Below are positions 18,708 through 27,140 of a stretch of DNA of 64,000 nt, one piece after another. The notes beneath the pieces were generated by a model that ran no database searches, had not been told where the DNA came from, and worked only from the letters and a program-made list of their open reading frames with translations. A program made the position numbers and the translations under genes. The number at the start of each line of letters is the position of its first letter. Position 1 is the stretch's first letter. Origin of the DNA: a virus. The stretch lies in IMG/VR virus record IMGVR_UViG_3300036466_000103, positions 1 through 64,000 of that record. The stretch is one strand, 5' to 3'.

Positions 18708-20474
18708 ATGGCATGGTATAAAACAGGTACAGTGTCTGTAGTGAATGGAGAAACATCTATCGCTGGCACTGGTACTAAATTCGCTTCAAATTCCCGTGTA
18801 GGGGATGGCTTCAGAGGTCCAGATGGTGAGTGGTATGAGATTGTAAACATTGCCAGTGAAACTGTATTGGGTATCTTCCCAGCCTATGAGGGCGGTACAG
18901 TCTCTGCTGATGCTAACTACATGATTGCCCCGCTACAGGGGTATAACAAAGAATCTGCTGACCGCCTTCGTGAAATTACAAATGGTATGGCAGACATTAG
19001 TGGGGATGTATTGGAGGCTAAGAACTCTGCAATTGAAGCTAAGGCTTCTGAGGATGCGGCTAAGGCTTCTGAGATAAGTGTTAGTGCAGATGCACTAGAT
19101 GTGTCTCAGAAGGCCGCACAAGTGACTACAGACGCTCTCCAGGTGGCTCAGGACCGTGTTGCTGCACAAGCGGCTGCTGTGGAGTCTGGTATTGCTCGTG
19201 ATGAAGCGGTAACTGCGGCTGGGTCAATTACTGGCACTGTTACGGACAGAGGTGCAATTGACCTGTCATCTGGTTCCTATCCAGCAAAACCAGCAACATC
19301 ATCTTTCTGGAGGGTCACTGTTGGTGGCACCGTCTCCGGGGTGAACTACTCTGTTGGGGATACACTGAATTACAGCAAGACAACCGATGAATTTTATAAG
19401 TCTGGTGGTGCTGTTGACTCAGTTAATGGGAAGACTGGGGTTGTTGTTCTTGCTAAGGCTGACATTGGCCTTGGAAATGTTGATAACACAAGTGATGCAT
19501 CTAAGCCTGTAAGTACAGAACAGCAGACAGCCCTAGACACTAAAGTTGATAAGGTGACTGGCAAGCAACTGTCTACAGAAGACTACACCTCTGCTGAAAA
19601 GGCTAAGCTCGCTGGTGTTGATACAGGCGCTACAGCTAACAGTCCTAATGCTACTCTATTAGCTCGTGCCAACCACACAGGGACACAGCTTGCTGCTACG
19701 ATTAGCGACTTTGCTGATGCTGTACGTAGTGCTGTTCTCACAGGGCTAACTGCTGGCACTAACGTGGCAATCTCAGCTACAGATAGTGTAATGGTTGCAT
19801 TCGCTAAGCTTCAAGCTCAGGTTGATAACAAGCTCGGTCTTACGGCAAAGGCAGCAGACTCTGACAAGCTAAACGGCCAATTAGCAAGTTTTTACACTGC
19901 TGAGATGGGGGCTGCTTCATCGGGCTCTGCGGGCACTAAAGGTTTGGTTCCTGCTCCAGCGGCCGGGGCTACAACAAGATTTTTGTCTAGTCTTGGTACG
20001 TGGATTACACCAAGTGTTTCTTCGGCATGGGGATCAATAACGGGGACGCTGAGTGCACAGACCGATTTGCAGAGTGCGCTGGATGGGAAATTGAGTACGA
20101 CGATGGCCGACTTTGCGATCATCTACCCAAATGGTGGAAGTGCAGCAAGTCCTGCAACCCTTGCAATAAACACGAGGTACATAACGGATAACCCATTTCC
20201 AGGGTTTCACGTGATTGTTCAAATAGAGCTTCTTGTCAGCGCCGTGTGGAGTGATCCGGGGTGGGATGGTAATACTGGTACAGGCGGTAGCACGTATGGA
20301 ACTATTGCAGCTCAATCTTTACCCTCGGATAAAGTGATTGTCCAAACAGGCACCAACGCAGTAGCAAGCGCAAGTAATCTGCTCGGCGGTGGCCACGGCA
20401 TCACATCTACAACACCCGTCACTTCGGCGCCTTGTCGAGTCAAAGTGTGGAAGCTTAAAGGGGCGGTTATATGA
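18708..20474 (+). CDS. tail fibre protein
   Basis: Typical N-terminus MAWYKTGTVSVVNGETSIAGTGTKF, a central A/E/S repeat shaft, and a tail-fibre chaperone gene directly after it. Confidence 0.75.
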   Translation: MAWYKTGTVSVVNGETSIAGTGTKFASNSRVGDGFRGPDGEWYEIVNIASETVLGIFPAYEGGTVSADANYMIAPLQGYNKESADRLREITNGMADISGDVLEAKNSAIEAKASEDAAKASEISVSADALDVSQKAAQVTTDALQVAQDRVAAQAAAVESGIARDEAVTAAGSITGTVTDRGAIDLSSGSYPAKPATSSFWRVTVGGTVSGVNYSVGDTLNYSKTTDEFYKSGGAVDSVNGKTGVVVLAKADIGLGNVDNTSDASKPVSTEQQTALDTKVDKVTGKQLSTEDYTSAEKAKLAGVDTGATANSPNATLLARANHTGTQLAATISDFADAVRSAVLTGLTAGTNVAISATDSVMVAFAKLQAQVDNKLGLTAKAADSDKLNGQLASFYTAEMGAASSGSAGTKGLVPAPAAGATTRFLSSLGTWITPSVSSAWGSITGTLSAQTDLQSALDGKLSTTMADFAIIYPNGGSAASPATLAINTRYITDNPFPGFHVIVQIELLVSAVWSDPGWDGNTGTGGSTYGTIAAQSLPSDKVIVQTGTNAVASASNLLGGGHGITSTTPVTSAPCRVKVWKLKGAVI

Positions 20475-20839
20475 TCAGGTATTACTCAAAGATGGGTTCA
20501 AACATTGTTGAGGTTGACGAAACAGATAAAGGCCCAGACGAAGGCTGGATTGAAATGTCAGGACCAAGGCCTGAATCGGGGGACTACACCGCGCAGGAGG
20601 ATGGAGTCTGGGTGATAACCTTGGAAACCATCAATGCCAAGCTGATTCCAATCGAAGACGAATGGCGTGATCAACAAATGCCCATTGCCTGGAACAACGT
20701 AACAGCCATTCAATTCGGTGAGGAAGGCGTACCCGGCACGGAACAACAATGGAAAGATTATTGGCTGGCGCTGCGCAAGTGGACGACGGACAACCCCGAC
20801 TTCCCTGACTCGGCCAAAAGGCCCGTTGCTCCAACCTAA
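20471..20839 (+). CDS. tail fibre assembly chaperone (Tfa-like)
   Basis: 122 aa. The start overlaps the fibre stop. C-terminal pattern W.DYWLALRKW..DNPDFP is typical of Tfa. Confidence 0.65.
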   Translation: MIRYYSKMGSNIVEVDETDKGPDEGWIEMSGPRPESGDYTAQEDGVWVITLETINAKLIPIEDEWRDQQMPIAWNNVTAIQFGEEGVPGTEQQWKDYWLALRKWTTDNPDFPDSAKRPVAPT

Positions 20840-20882
20840 ACAACAGGCCTTTTGGGGCCTTTTACACAGAGGAATCGATATT

Positions 20883-21449
20883 ATGAAAATACCATTGACA
20901 GCCTCACTAAGAGCTAAGATATTCACTGCGTTAATAGCTGCTGGTGTTGCTGCCCCTTCTGCATATGTGGCTACAGAGCTTACAGTGCCCTCAGAAGGCT
21001 TCCTAACCAACCTACACGACGATCCAGTTGGTAAGCCTACCGCATGTATTGGTCATCTGATACAACCCGGTGAGAAGGCTCAGAGGACGTATACAGAGGA
21101 TCAGTGCATTAGCATGTTTGTATCTGATTGGGTGAAACATGAAAAGCTCTTAGACTCTGTTGTTAAAGTTCCTTATAAATCTGAGTGGATGAGAGGTGCT
21201 ATCACAGACTTTACATTCAACAAGGGAATTGGGAATGTGAAGAGTAGCACAATGCTAAGAAATCTCAATGACAAGAACTACGACGCTGCTTGTCTGCAAC
21301 TCACCCGCTGGGTGTATGGGACAGTTGACGGTAAGAAGGTAGTTCTCAAGGGTTTGGATATTCGTGCTAAAGCTCAATATAAGTATTGCATGGGACAAGA
21401 ACCCTCTGAGTATAAAACAAAAATGCAACAGTGGAATGGAGGTGTTTAA
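20883..21449 (+). CDS. SAR endolysin (T4-lysozyme-like, GH24)
   Basis: The N-terminal weakly hydrophobic Ala/Gly-rich segment IFTALIAAGVAAPSAYVA resembles a signal-anchor-release domain. The E-x8-D-x5-T catalytic spacing is present in SEGFLTNLHDDPVGKPT. Confidence 0.8.
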   Translation: MKIPLTASLRAKIFTALIAAGVAAPSAYVATELTVPSEGFLTNLHDDPVGKPTACIGHLIQPGEKAQRTYTEDQCISMFVSDWVKHEKLLDSVVKVPYKSEWMRGAITDFTFNKGIGNVKSSTMLRNLNDKNYDAACLQLTRWVYGTVDGKKVVLKGLDIRAKAQYKYCMGQEPSEYKTKMQQWNGGV

Positions 21450-21730
21450 TGCTTGAAAAACTGTACAAGCACATGTGTTCTCACTATCACTTGTACTCAT
21501 TTATTGCTAACACTTTAAATGCTATCTCAATGGCTGGGCTAGCTTATCTTGGAATTCTCACCGACACAATGACAATGAATTGGCTAGTTGGTTGGGGAAT
21601 CATGCTCGCTGTTCTCTTTGGGCTAGGTAGGTTACTGAATGAAGAGATAGATGACATGAATAAGGTTAAGGAGCATACACCCTGTGGACAATCTATTTGT
21701 AAGCAGCTTACTGACGACAATCAAAAGTAA
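21449..21730 (+). CDS. holin (two-TM, pinholin-like)
   Basis: TAATG overlap with the endolysin gene. Two hydrophobic helices and a charged C-terminus. Confidence 0.6.
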   Translation: MLEKLYKHMCSHYHLYSFIANTLNAISMAGLAYLGILTDTMTMNWLVGWGIMLAVLFGLGRLLNEEIDDMNKVKEHTPCGQSICKQLTDDNQK

Positions 21731-22079
21731 AGCAGCGTTAGTTGTTTGTATTATTCTCTCTACACTTCTTACAGTATCTTATATATCAGGAAAGTCTGAT
21801 AGAGCAGAACTAATAGAAGTGAGAGACAGTCTTACAACTCACGTTGAACTTAACAAAAGACTCAGCGATGAAAACCTTAAGTTTGCTAAAGAACTTAATG
21901 AAGCACCCAAAGAGTATATTAAGATTGTCAAAGAAGTTATGAATGAAACATGTAATGGTGAAGTTAAACAAACTTTGATTGAGTCTATGGCGACTCAGAG
22001 GGAGAATAACGTCAATGAGAAAGTTACTGCTGATATTGATGATAACTTGCCTCCCAATCTTATTCTCATGCTCAAGTAA
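21684..22079 (+). CDS. i-spanin (Rz-like)
   Basis: N-terminal TM AALVVCIILSTLLTV followed by a charged helical periplasmic part. The GTG start is uncertain. Confidence 0.6.
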   Translation: MDNLFVSSLLTTIKSKAALVVCIILSTLLTVSYISGKSDRAELIEVRDSLTTHVELNKRLSDENLKFAKELNEAPKEYIKIVKEVMNETCNGEVKQTLIESMATQRENNVNEKVTADIDDNLPPNLILMLK

Positions 22080-22308
22080 GGCACCAGAGCCGATTGTGGA
22101 GACTGTTTATCAGAAAGAATACATTCCCTTGGATTTGCTAAAGATTAGCTGTAAAGAGAAGCCTGCGGGCACTACAGTACGTACTCTTGCAAGTTCATGG
22201 GTTAACAACACAAGCTGTCTTCGTGCACATCAGATACTGGTGGAAGGCTTAGTCAAGAAATACACAAAGGAGGGAGCCGACAATGAGCCAGGAAAGTCCG
22301 CGAAATGA
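22015..22308 (+). CDS. o-spanin (Rz1-like lipoprotein), overlapped architecture
   Basis: MRKLLLILMITCLPILFSC provides a signal peptide and lipobox. It starts inside the i-spanin gene in another frame and extends beyond it. Confidence 0.75.
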   Translation: MRKLLLILMITCLPILFSCSSKAPEPIVETVYQKEYIPLDLLKISCKEKPAGTTVRTLASSWVNNTSCLRAHQILVEGLVKKYTKEGADNEPGKSAK

Positions 22309-22624
22309 TACATCGCAGAACGGCAAGTTCAACTTTCTAATTGAGAAGTGGGGTGGTTGGGCTGCATTAGCTCTTATTAGTTTACTTGGTTATATGTACC
22401 AAGGGGACAGGGCCAATACACAACAATCTATTGCTGCTGTAGAGAAGAGTATTGAGACTAATGCAAGGGCTATCAACCGTCTGCAAGATGGGAAGGTGAG
22501 TCGGGAAGAGTTTAAGAGTGTTCAAGAACAGTGGATTCGTGAGACTGTAGGGCTGAGGCAAGACATTCGTGACCTTGCTGGTGTACTGCGTGTTGATGTG
22601 AAGGGAAGCTCTAACAGACAGTAA
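22283..22624 (+). CDS. membrane-anchored coiled-coil protein (possible lysis accessory)
   Basis: RBS AAGGAGGG. One TM segment (WGGWAALALISLLGYMY). Confidence 0.5.
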   Translation: MSQESPRNDTSQNGKFNFLIEKWGGWAALALISLLGYMYQGDRANTQQSIAAVEKSIETNARAINRLQDGKVSREEFKSVQEQWIRETVGLRQDIRDLAGVLRVDVKGSSNRQ

Positions 22625-22635
22625 TAATACACATA

Positions 22636-22677
22636 AAAGAAAGCCCACCACTATTTGATTAGCTGGTGGGCTTTTTG
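22636..22677. terminator. bidirectional rho-independent terminator between convergent units
   Basis: Stem AGCCCACCA/TGGTGGGCT, flanked by AAAAGAAA on the left and TTTTTGTTG on the right. Confidence 0.75.
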
Positions 22678-22684
22678 TTGCTTG

Positions 22685-22762
22685 TTATTTGAAGTCGTTA
22701 TGCATATCTTCATCATTTGAATTGTAAACAACCATCTCGTCTGCCTTGTTTTCAGTCTTCAT
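22685..22762 (-). CDS. possible 25-aa peptide
   Basis: ATGA overlap with the stop of the upstream small ORF. Too short to evaluate. Confidence 0.3.
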   Translation of the reverse strand: MKTENKADEMVVYNSNDEDMHNDFK

Positions 22763-22935
22763 TGTGTATGTTTAACCTCTGATTCAAATGTTCCTTTAGG
22801 GAATACTGCTGTCTTTCCTGGGACAGTCGATTGCTCGCGTGCCGCATTACTATCAATGAAGAACATAGGTGCATTAATCAGGAAAGACAGCATACATCCA
22901 ATCAGAACAACCTTAATCCAGTCTTTAGTGTTCAA
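22759..22935 (-). CDS. small membrane protein (58 aa, TTG start)
   Basis: The TTG start overlaps the TGA stop of 22932..23213. Hydrophobic core VVLIGCMLSFLINAPMFF. Not in the ORF track because it is under 60 aa. Confidence 0.45.
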   Translation of the reverse strand: MNTKDWIKVVLIGCMLSFLINAPMFFIDSNAAREQSTVPGKTAVFPKGTFESEVKHTQ

Positions 22936-23213
22936 TCTATTTCTCCTTGTTTGTCATCAATTGCATCTTGCACGATAAGTGTTGCACGACTATCAAACTC
23001 TTTCTTGAAATGCTCAATAGCGTCTTTACAAGATACCCAAATACCATTGTCTTTAACGTAAACACCAATTACATCAAATGTAGTCTCACGATAACCATAG
23101 AACTCCGTGTCACATTCAGCACGAGGGTCAAAACTTCCTTTGATGTTGTAGTCTACGATATTCTCAACACTAAAGCGAATATCTTCTGAGAATTTAAGGT
23201 TGTATAGATTCAT
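22932..23213 (-). CDS. hypothetical protein
   Basis: ORF track entry, within an operon of coupled genes. Confidence 0.6.
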   Translation of the reverse strand: MNLYNLKFSEDIRFSVENIVDYNIKGSFDPRAECDTEFYGYRETTFDVIGVYVKDNGIWVSCKDAIEHFKKEFDSRATLIVQDAIDDKQGEID

Positions 23214-23413
23214 TTACTTTCCTCTGCAAATTCATCAACAATCACCACGTCAAACTCCATTCCTTGAATCTCGAAATAGTCGTGAGATTGGTAGGTTACT
23301 ACAACATCCGTACCCTCTAGGTTATCAATGATTCTTTGAGTCATCTTCTTTGTCCTCTCGCTAGGGACACCTCCTCGGTGAATAACTAGGAGATTTAGTT
23401 TATCCTTGCTCAT
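23210..23413 (-). CDS. hypothetical protein (67 aa)
   Basis: ATG 23413 overlaps the upstream stop (ATGA). Preceded by a GGAGG-like RBS. Confidence 0.6.
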   Translation of the reverse strand: MSKDKLNLLVIHRGGVPSERTKKMTQRIIDNLEGTDVVVTYQSHDYFEIQGMEFDVVIVDEFAEESK

Positions 23414-23808
23414 TGTTCCTCCCATACTGTCTTGGTAACTTTCTTCTCTTTAATATACCCAGCACGGACAAACATTTCTTTGAATTCATATGGCATACTA
23501 TACCCGCTGTCTTTATAAGATTTGTAGATGTCCCAAGCCACTTGAACAACATCAGGCACTGTAACTTCAGACTTCTCTAGCTCAAGAGAGTACCGACCAA
23601 TGCAAGTGATACATCCGGTATCAGTGTTCTCTGCAATGTGCAGGCTCTCCTTACAGAAGCCCGTAAGCTGGATAGAGAACATCTCTCCGAAGAATTCTGC
23701 TGTGCCTGTGCAGTAGTAGTTGTTAGTCAGAGCAGCCTCGCCCTCGTAACCAGCAGCATACAGGTCTTGTACCAGCTGCACAACTCGCTCTGTAATCTTG
23801 TATTTCAT
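23410..23808 (-). CDS. hypothetical protein
   Basis: ORF track entry, downstream of the helicase gene. Confidence 0.65.
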   Translation of the reverse strand: MKYKITERVVQLVQDLYAAGYEGEAALTNNYYCTGTAEFFGEMFSIQLTGFCKESLHIAENTDTGCITCIGRYSLELEKSEVTVPDVVQVAWDIYKSYKDSGYSMPYEFKEMFVRAGYIKEKKVTKTVWEEQ

Positions 23809-23826
23809 GATAGTTTCTCCAATTTA

Positions 23827-25434
23827 TCAATTGTCTAGTGTGTATTCCAATTCGCGATCAATTTCACGAATCTCTTTCTCCAAATCAAAGCAGTCCGGTG
23901 TTGACAGCCCACCATGCACGCGATTGATCATCTGTTGAACAGTGTCATTATACCCAAGAAAGCTTTTAGCACGAGTGAGAGCCACATACAATAGATTTCT
24001 TTCTGCATCCTGAAGACCAATCCACTCGCCTTTGGCATTATACGGGCTAGCGAAGTCGTCTGCAAGGATTACAATATCCCACTCCCGTCCTTTAGCTTTG
24101 TGTGCAGTGGTGAGGGTCACTTGTGGATCAGCTACGTTCTTGTGTTTGGATAATACATCCAGCACTTTAAACACAGTACCATTGTTCACCATGTTGAATA
24201 CTCGCAATAGTTCACCCTGCACAGCTTCAGCTTCTGTACCAAACTCAACCCAGGTATCAAACTGTACAAGCTTCTCATACTTCACCTTGGCTTTGTTACC
24301 ACGTTTCAGCTCAATTGCAGACTCAAGAAACTTAGTGAAGTCGTTTACATCAATCTCAAGATTAACTGTACGTCCTTCACTAAGAAGGTCCACAGCTTCA
24401 AAGATCAAAGCTGAGTTGGTACGAAACAGAGCTGTGTATGGCTGATCAAGGACGCCCCCTTCAATGTCATATTTCAGAACAGTGCGAGTGTCAAGTTTAT
24501 CCCAACCCTTAATGTCTGTAATCAGACGACCGTCTTTAGCAAGCACGCAGTTTGCAATATCAGCTACTCGTTGCCCGAAACGGAAGCTTTGTGTCAGTCC
24601 ATATTCAGGCCAATCAAACTTCAGCATTGCATTCTGTGCAAATCTCCAACTGTAGATGTTTTGGTACGGATCGCCTACCCCATAAAGGTTAGCTTTTCCT
24701 TGCTGGCTTGTAAAGATGTCCAAAACTACAGCTGTGCTATCTTGCATTTCGTCCAGATAGATGTTCTTGTACATTGAAAGGTCTGGCTTGGACAACTGAT
24801 ACAGCTTCAAATACGTGTCATGGGTTGCCAGAACATCGCTGTTACTGTCAATACGCAAAGACCACAGACGCTGTGCAGCAGCAAATACAAGACGTTTGAA
24901 TGCCTTCAAAGCCCTCTTATCTCGAAGCAAGCATTGTTCGCAAGGACTAACGCTTACATGATCCATTGTCAGCTCAGTATCAGCAGAAGCCTCATACTTT
25001 GCAACAGTCTCTTTGATAGCAACACCCACACCACCAGCTTTCATTGTTCGTGTTTCATGTTCACCATCAAGTAGGTAAATGAAGTCACCAGTCTTGAAAT
25101 ACTTGGCAATCTCAGTACCAGTACCAGCCACGTTCCTGTAAGCCCCTTGAGGGCGTTTTAGCTTGTGCTGAATACCAACACCAAAGTGACCATATGCAAG
25201 GCTGTGAGTGGTGCGACAGCTAACCCAGGAAGGGAACTTCTCGGAAGCCTCAACAGCCAATGCTTTGTTGAATGTAAGAAGCAAGCTATTCACAGGATGT
25301 TCAGCAGCAATCATGCACATGACAGAAGACTTACCAGAGCCTGCTGTCGCATTCACCATCATCTCTGTGTGCTTTCCTGCACCTTCGATGATCCTAGCTT
25401 GTTCGTCTGTTGGTTTAATACTGTTGTCGTTCAC
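23827..25434 (-). CDS. UvrD/PcrA-like superfamily 1 DNA helicase
   Basis: Walker A ATAGSGKS, motif Ia TFNKALAVE, motif II YLDEMQDST, C-terminal TAHKAKGREWDIVIL and LLYVALTRAK. GTG start with a GGAG RBS. Confidence 0.85.
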   Translation of the reverse strand: MNDNSIKPTDEQARIIEGAGKHTEMMVNATAGSGKSSVMCMIAAEHPVNSLLLTFNKALAVEASEKFPSWVSCRTTHSLAYGHFGVGIQHKLKRPQGAYRNVAGTGTEIAKYFKTGDFIYLLDGEHETRTMKAGGVGVAIKETVAKYEASADTELTMDHVSVSPCEQCLLRDKRALKAFKRLVFAAAQRLWSLRIDSNSDVLATHDTYLKLYQLSKPDLSMYKNIYLDEMQDSTAVVLDIFTSQQGKANLYGVGDPYQNIYSWRFAQNAMLKFDWPEYGLTQSFRFGQRVADIANCVLAKDGRLITDIKGWDKLDTRTVLKYDIEGGVLDQPYTALFRTNSALIFEAVDLLSEGRTVNLEIDVNDFTKFLESAIELKRGNKAKVKYEKLVQFDTWVEFGTEAEAVQGELLRVFNMVNNGTVFKVLDVLSKHKNVADPQVTLTTAHKAKGREWDIVILADDFASPYNAKGEWIGLQDAERNLLYVALTRAKSFLGYNDTVQQMINRVHGGLSTPDCFDLEKEIREIDRELEYTLDN

Positions 25435-25461
25435 TCTAAAGCTCCAATTTGATTTCCACCC

Positions 25462-25489
25462 ATCCTACACCAATTAATTGGCATGTCAA
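25462..25489 (-). promoter_or_regulatory. leftward promoter of the helicase operon, with a palindromic spacer
   Basis: On the minus strand: TTGACA-16 nt-TAGGAT. The spacer contains the perfect 12-bp palindrome CCAATTAATTGG (25470-25481). Confidence 0.5.
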
Positions 25490-25714
25490 CGAATTTAATA
25501 AGTTATCTCAAAGCCCCTGTAGTCTTACACAAGCCCCTAGAATCTCCAACCCTACTCCTTTCCCACCTAAGCTGATAAAACGTCCCAGATCGCCTCTCAG
25601 GAGCTTACAAGGTACTCAGCTATCTGTCTTTCTATGGAGGATCACTCTACACACCTCACCAACCAGAGTCAACCCCTTATTTCTCGTTCACATAGAAATA
25701 TCCCGATCCTTGTA

Positions 25715-25743
25715 TTGACATCATAGACCAATACGGATAGAAT
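25715..25743 (+). promoter_or_regulatory. strong rightward sigma70-type promoter
   Basis: TTGACA (25715-20), 17-nt spacer, TAGAAT (25738-43). Confidence 0.7.
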
Positions 25744-26346
25744 GGACCACATCGAGAAGGGAAAGATTGTATTGAATGGTTTCTCTCTTCTCTCGCATTG
25801 AGAGTTTTACGGCTGGAATCGGGTTACTCAATGTTAAAGCGCATTAACGGAAGCGGGCGCAACGTGTGGGAGTGAGCCTTAAGTGGCACGGTATAGCACA
25901 GCAACAGTCAGCAAACGACTGAAAATATATCTGGTGTGAGAAGGTTGCAATTCTCAGACTTACCTGTGTAGACTACGACTGGAAACGACAGTAGAAAGCA
26001 CATCCAGATGAATCTGGGGATCTTGCGGCTTGTGTTGGATGTATTGTACATTCTTTCTTGCTTAGGTTGAGGTCTTAGGTAAAATACTCAAGGTGTCTCT
26101 GTAATGGAGATGCTTTGGGGAGTTTTACCTTGGATTTGCTCTCATGTTGGATATAGGGTAGTATTAGAGATATAGAATACTTAGTGAATATGTAGTTTAG
26201 TGAGTATTGTCTTATAGTGTGTTCAATCTGTTGTTCTACACTATGATAGGGATACTACAGAGATACGATTCTCTTGTTGCCACACAGGAGAGGTTGAGGT
26301 AGGATACGTACCAGGAACACAAGAAGACAGAACAAAGGAGAGAAGC
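25744..26346 (+). other. about 600-nt ORF-less transcribed region (long leader, ncRNA or replication origin candidate)
   Basis: No ORF over 25 aa with an RBS. Several hairpins, an AT-rich block at 26150-26270, and direct repeats at 26064/26291 and 26153/26246. Confidence 0.4.
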
Positions 26347-26613
26347 ATGAGCAAGAACACTTACGAATACACATTCACCACAGATTATGGTGACGACCGT
26401 ACTGTAAGTATCAAGGTGGTATCGTTCACAAGCACAAAAGGAAGCTTCAGCCTACAAGCACCTGATCCAGATGACTACTATGGATCATCTGAAATCGAAT
26501 GGGAGTGTGCAGAAGATTTGAGTGAAATCAGCAAAGAACAGATTGACATTATGGAGGAATGGCTGTTTAATGAGCATTCTGAATACCTGCAAGACTTGAG
26601 TTACTACGACTGA
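26347..26613 (+). CDS. hypothetical acidic early protein
   Basis: RBS AAAGGAGAG. Asp/Glu/Tyr-rich. Confidence 0.65.
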   Translation: MSKNTYEYTFTTDYGDDRTVSIKVVSFTSTKGSFSLQAPDPDDYYGSSEIEWECAEDLSEISKEQIDIMEEWLFNEHSEYLQDLSYYD

Positions 26614-26683
26614 GAAATAAAAGCTTGACAGACTGCACAAAACGAATACAATGACACCACACAAACCATATAGGAGAGGTAAA

Positions 26684-26896
26684 ATGAAAATTGAAAGGCA
26701 AGCAGAGAAATTCACACCAATCACTATCACAATTGAGAGCAAAGAAGAGCTTCATTATTTATATGCTCTGAGTAATTCCACTATCAAACAAGTAAAAGAT
26801 AATGCTATCCCATTGAGTGGTATTGATATTGAGGATACTGGTGAGATTCAGATGTCGTTGTTCAGACAGCTTGATAGTATTGTAAAGAGTTCGTAA
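26684..26896 (+). CDS. hypothetical protein, paralog of 26907..27134
   Basis: ATG 26684 with RBS GGAGAGG. N-terminus MKIERQAEKFTPITITIES resembles MKVIKQEAAFTPISIVLES in the next gene. Confidence 0.6.
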   Translation: MKIERQAEKFTPITITIESKEELHYLYALSNSTIKQVKDNAIPLSGIDIEDTGEIQMSLFRQLDSIVKSS

Positions 26897-26906
26897 GGAG
26901 AAGTAT

Positions 26907-27134
26907 ATGAAAGTTATTAAACAAGAGGCTGCATTCACTCCCATCTCAATTGTACTTGAGTCGCAATACGAAGTTAACTGGATGCATGAACTATTAACAC
27001 GAGTTGGTGGTGCTGCTGGTGAAGTTCGTCAGTTCTTTGATAGTATCTACAACGAGCTTGGTGAGACCAGTAACGTTTGGCAGATTGGCTACGAGTCAGT
27101 ATTCGGAGGTGACGAGGCAGTATACCTTAAGTGA
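26907..27134 (+). CDS. hypothetical protein, paralog of 26684..26896
   Basis: RBS AAGGAG. N-terminal similarity to the preceding gene. Confidence 0.6.
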   Translation: MKVIKQEAAFTPISIVLESQYEVNWMHELLTRVGGAAGEVRQFFDSIYNELGETSNVWQIGYESVFGGDEAVYLK

Positions 27135-27140
27135 CACCCT

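Noticed and set aside
25744-26346. Small ORFs in the long leader (23 aa at 25785, 14 aa at 25831, 20 aa at 26008, 23 aa at 26105), and a possible tRNA or group I intron in this region.
   Set aside because: None of the ORFs has a convincing Shine-Dalgarno sequence. I could not find a cloverleaf or T-loop (GTTCRANYC), nor a GAUAUAGUC-type intron core.
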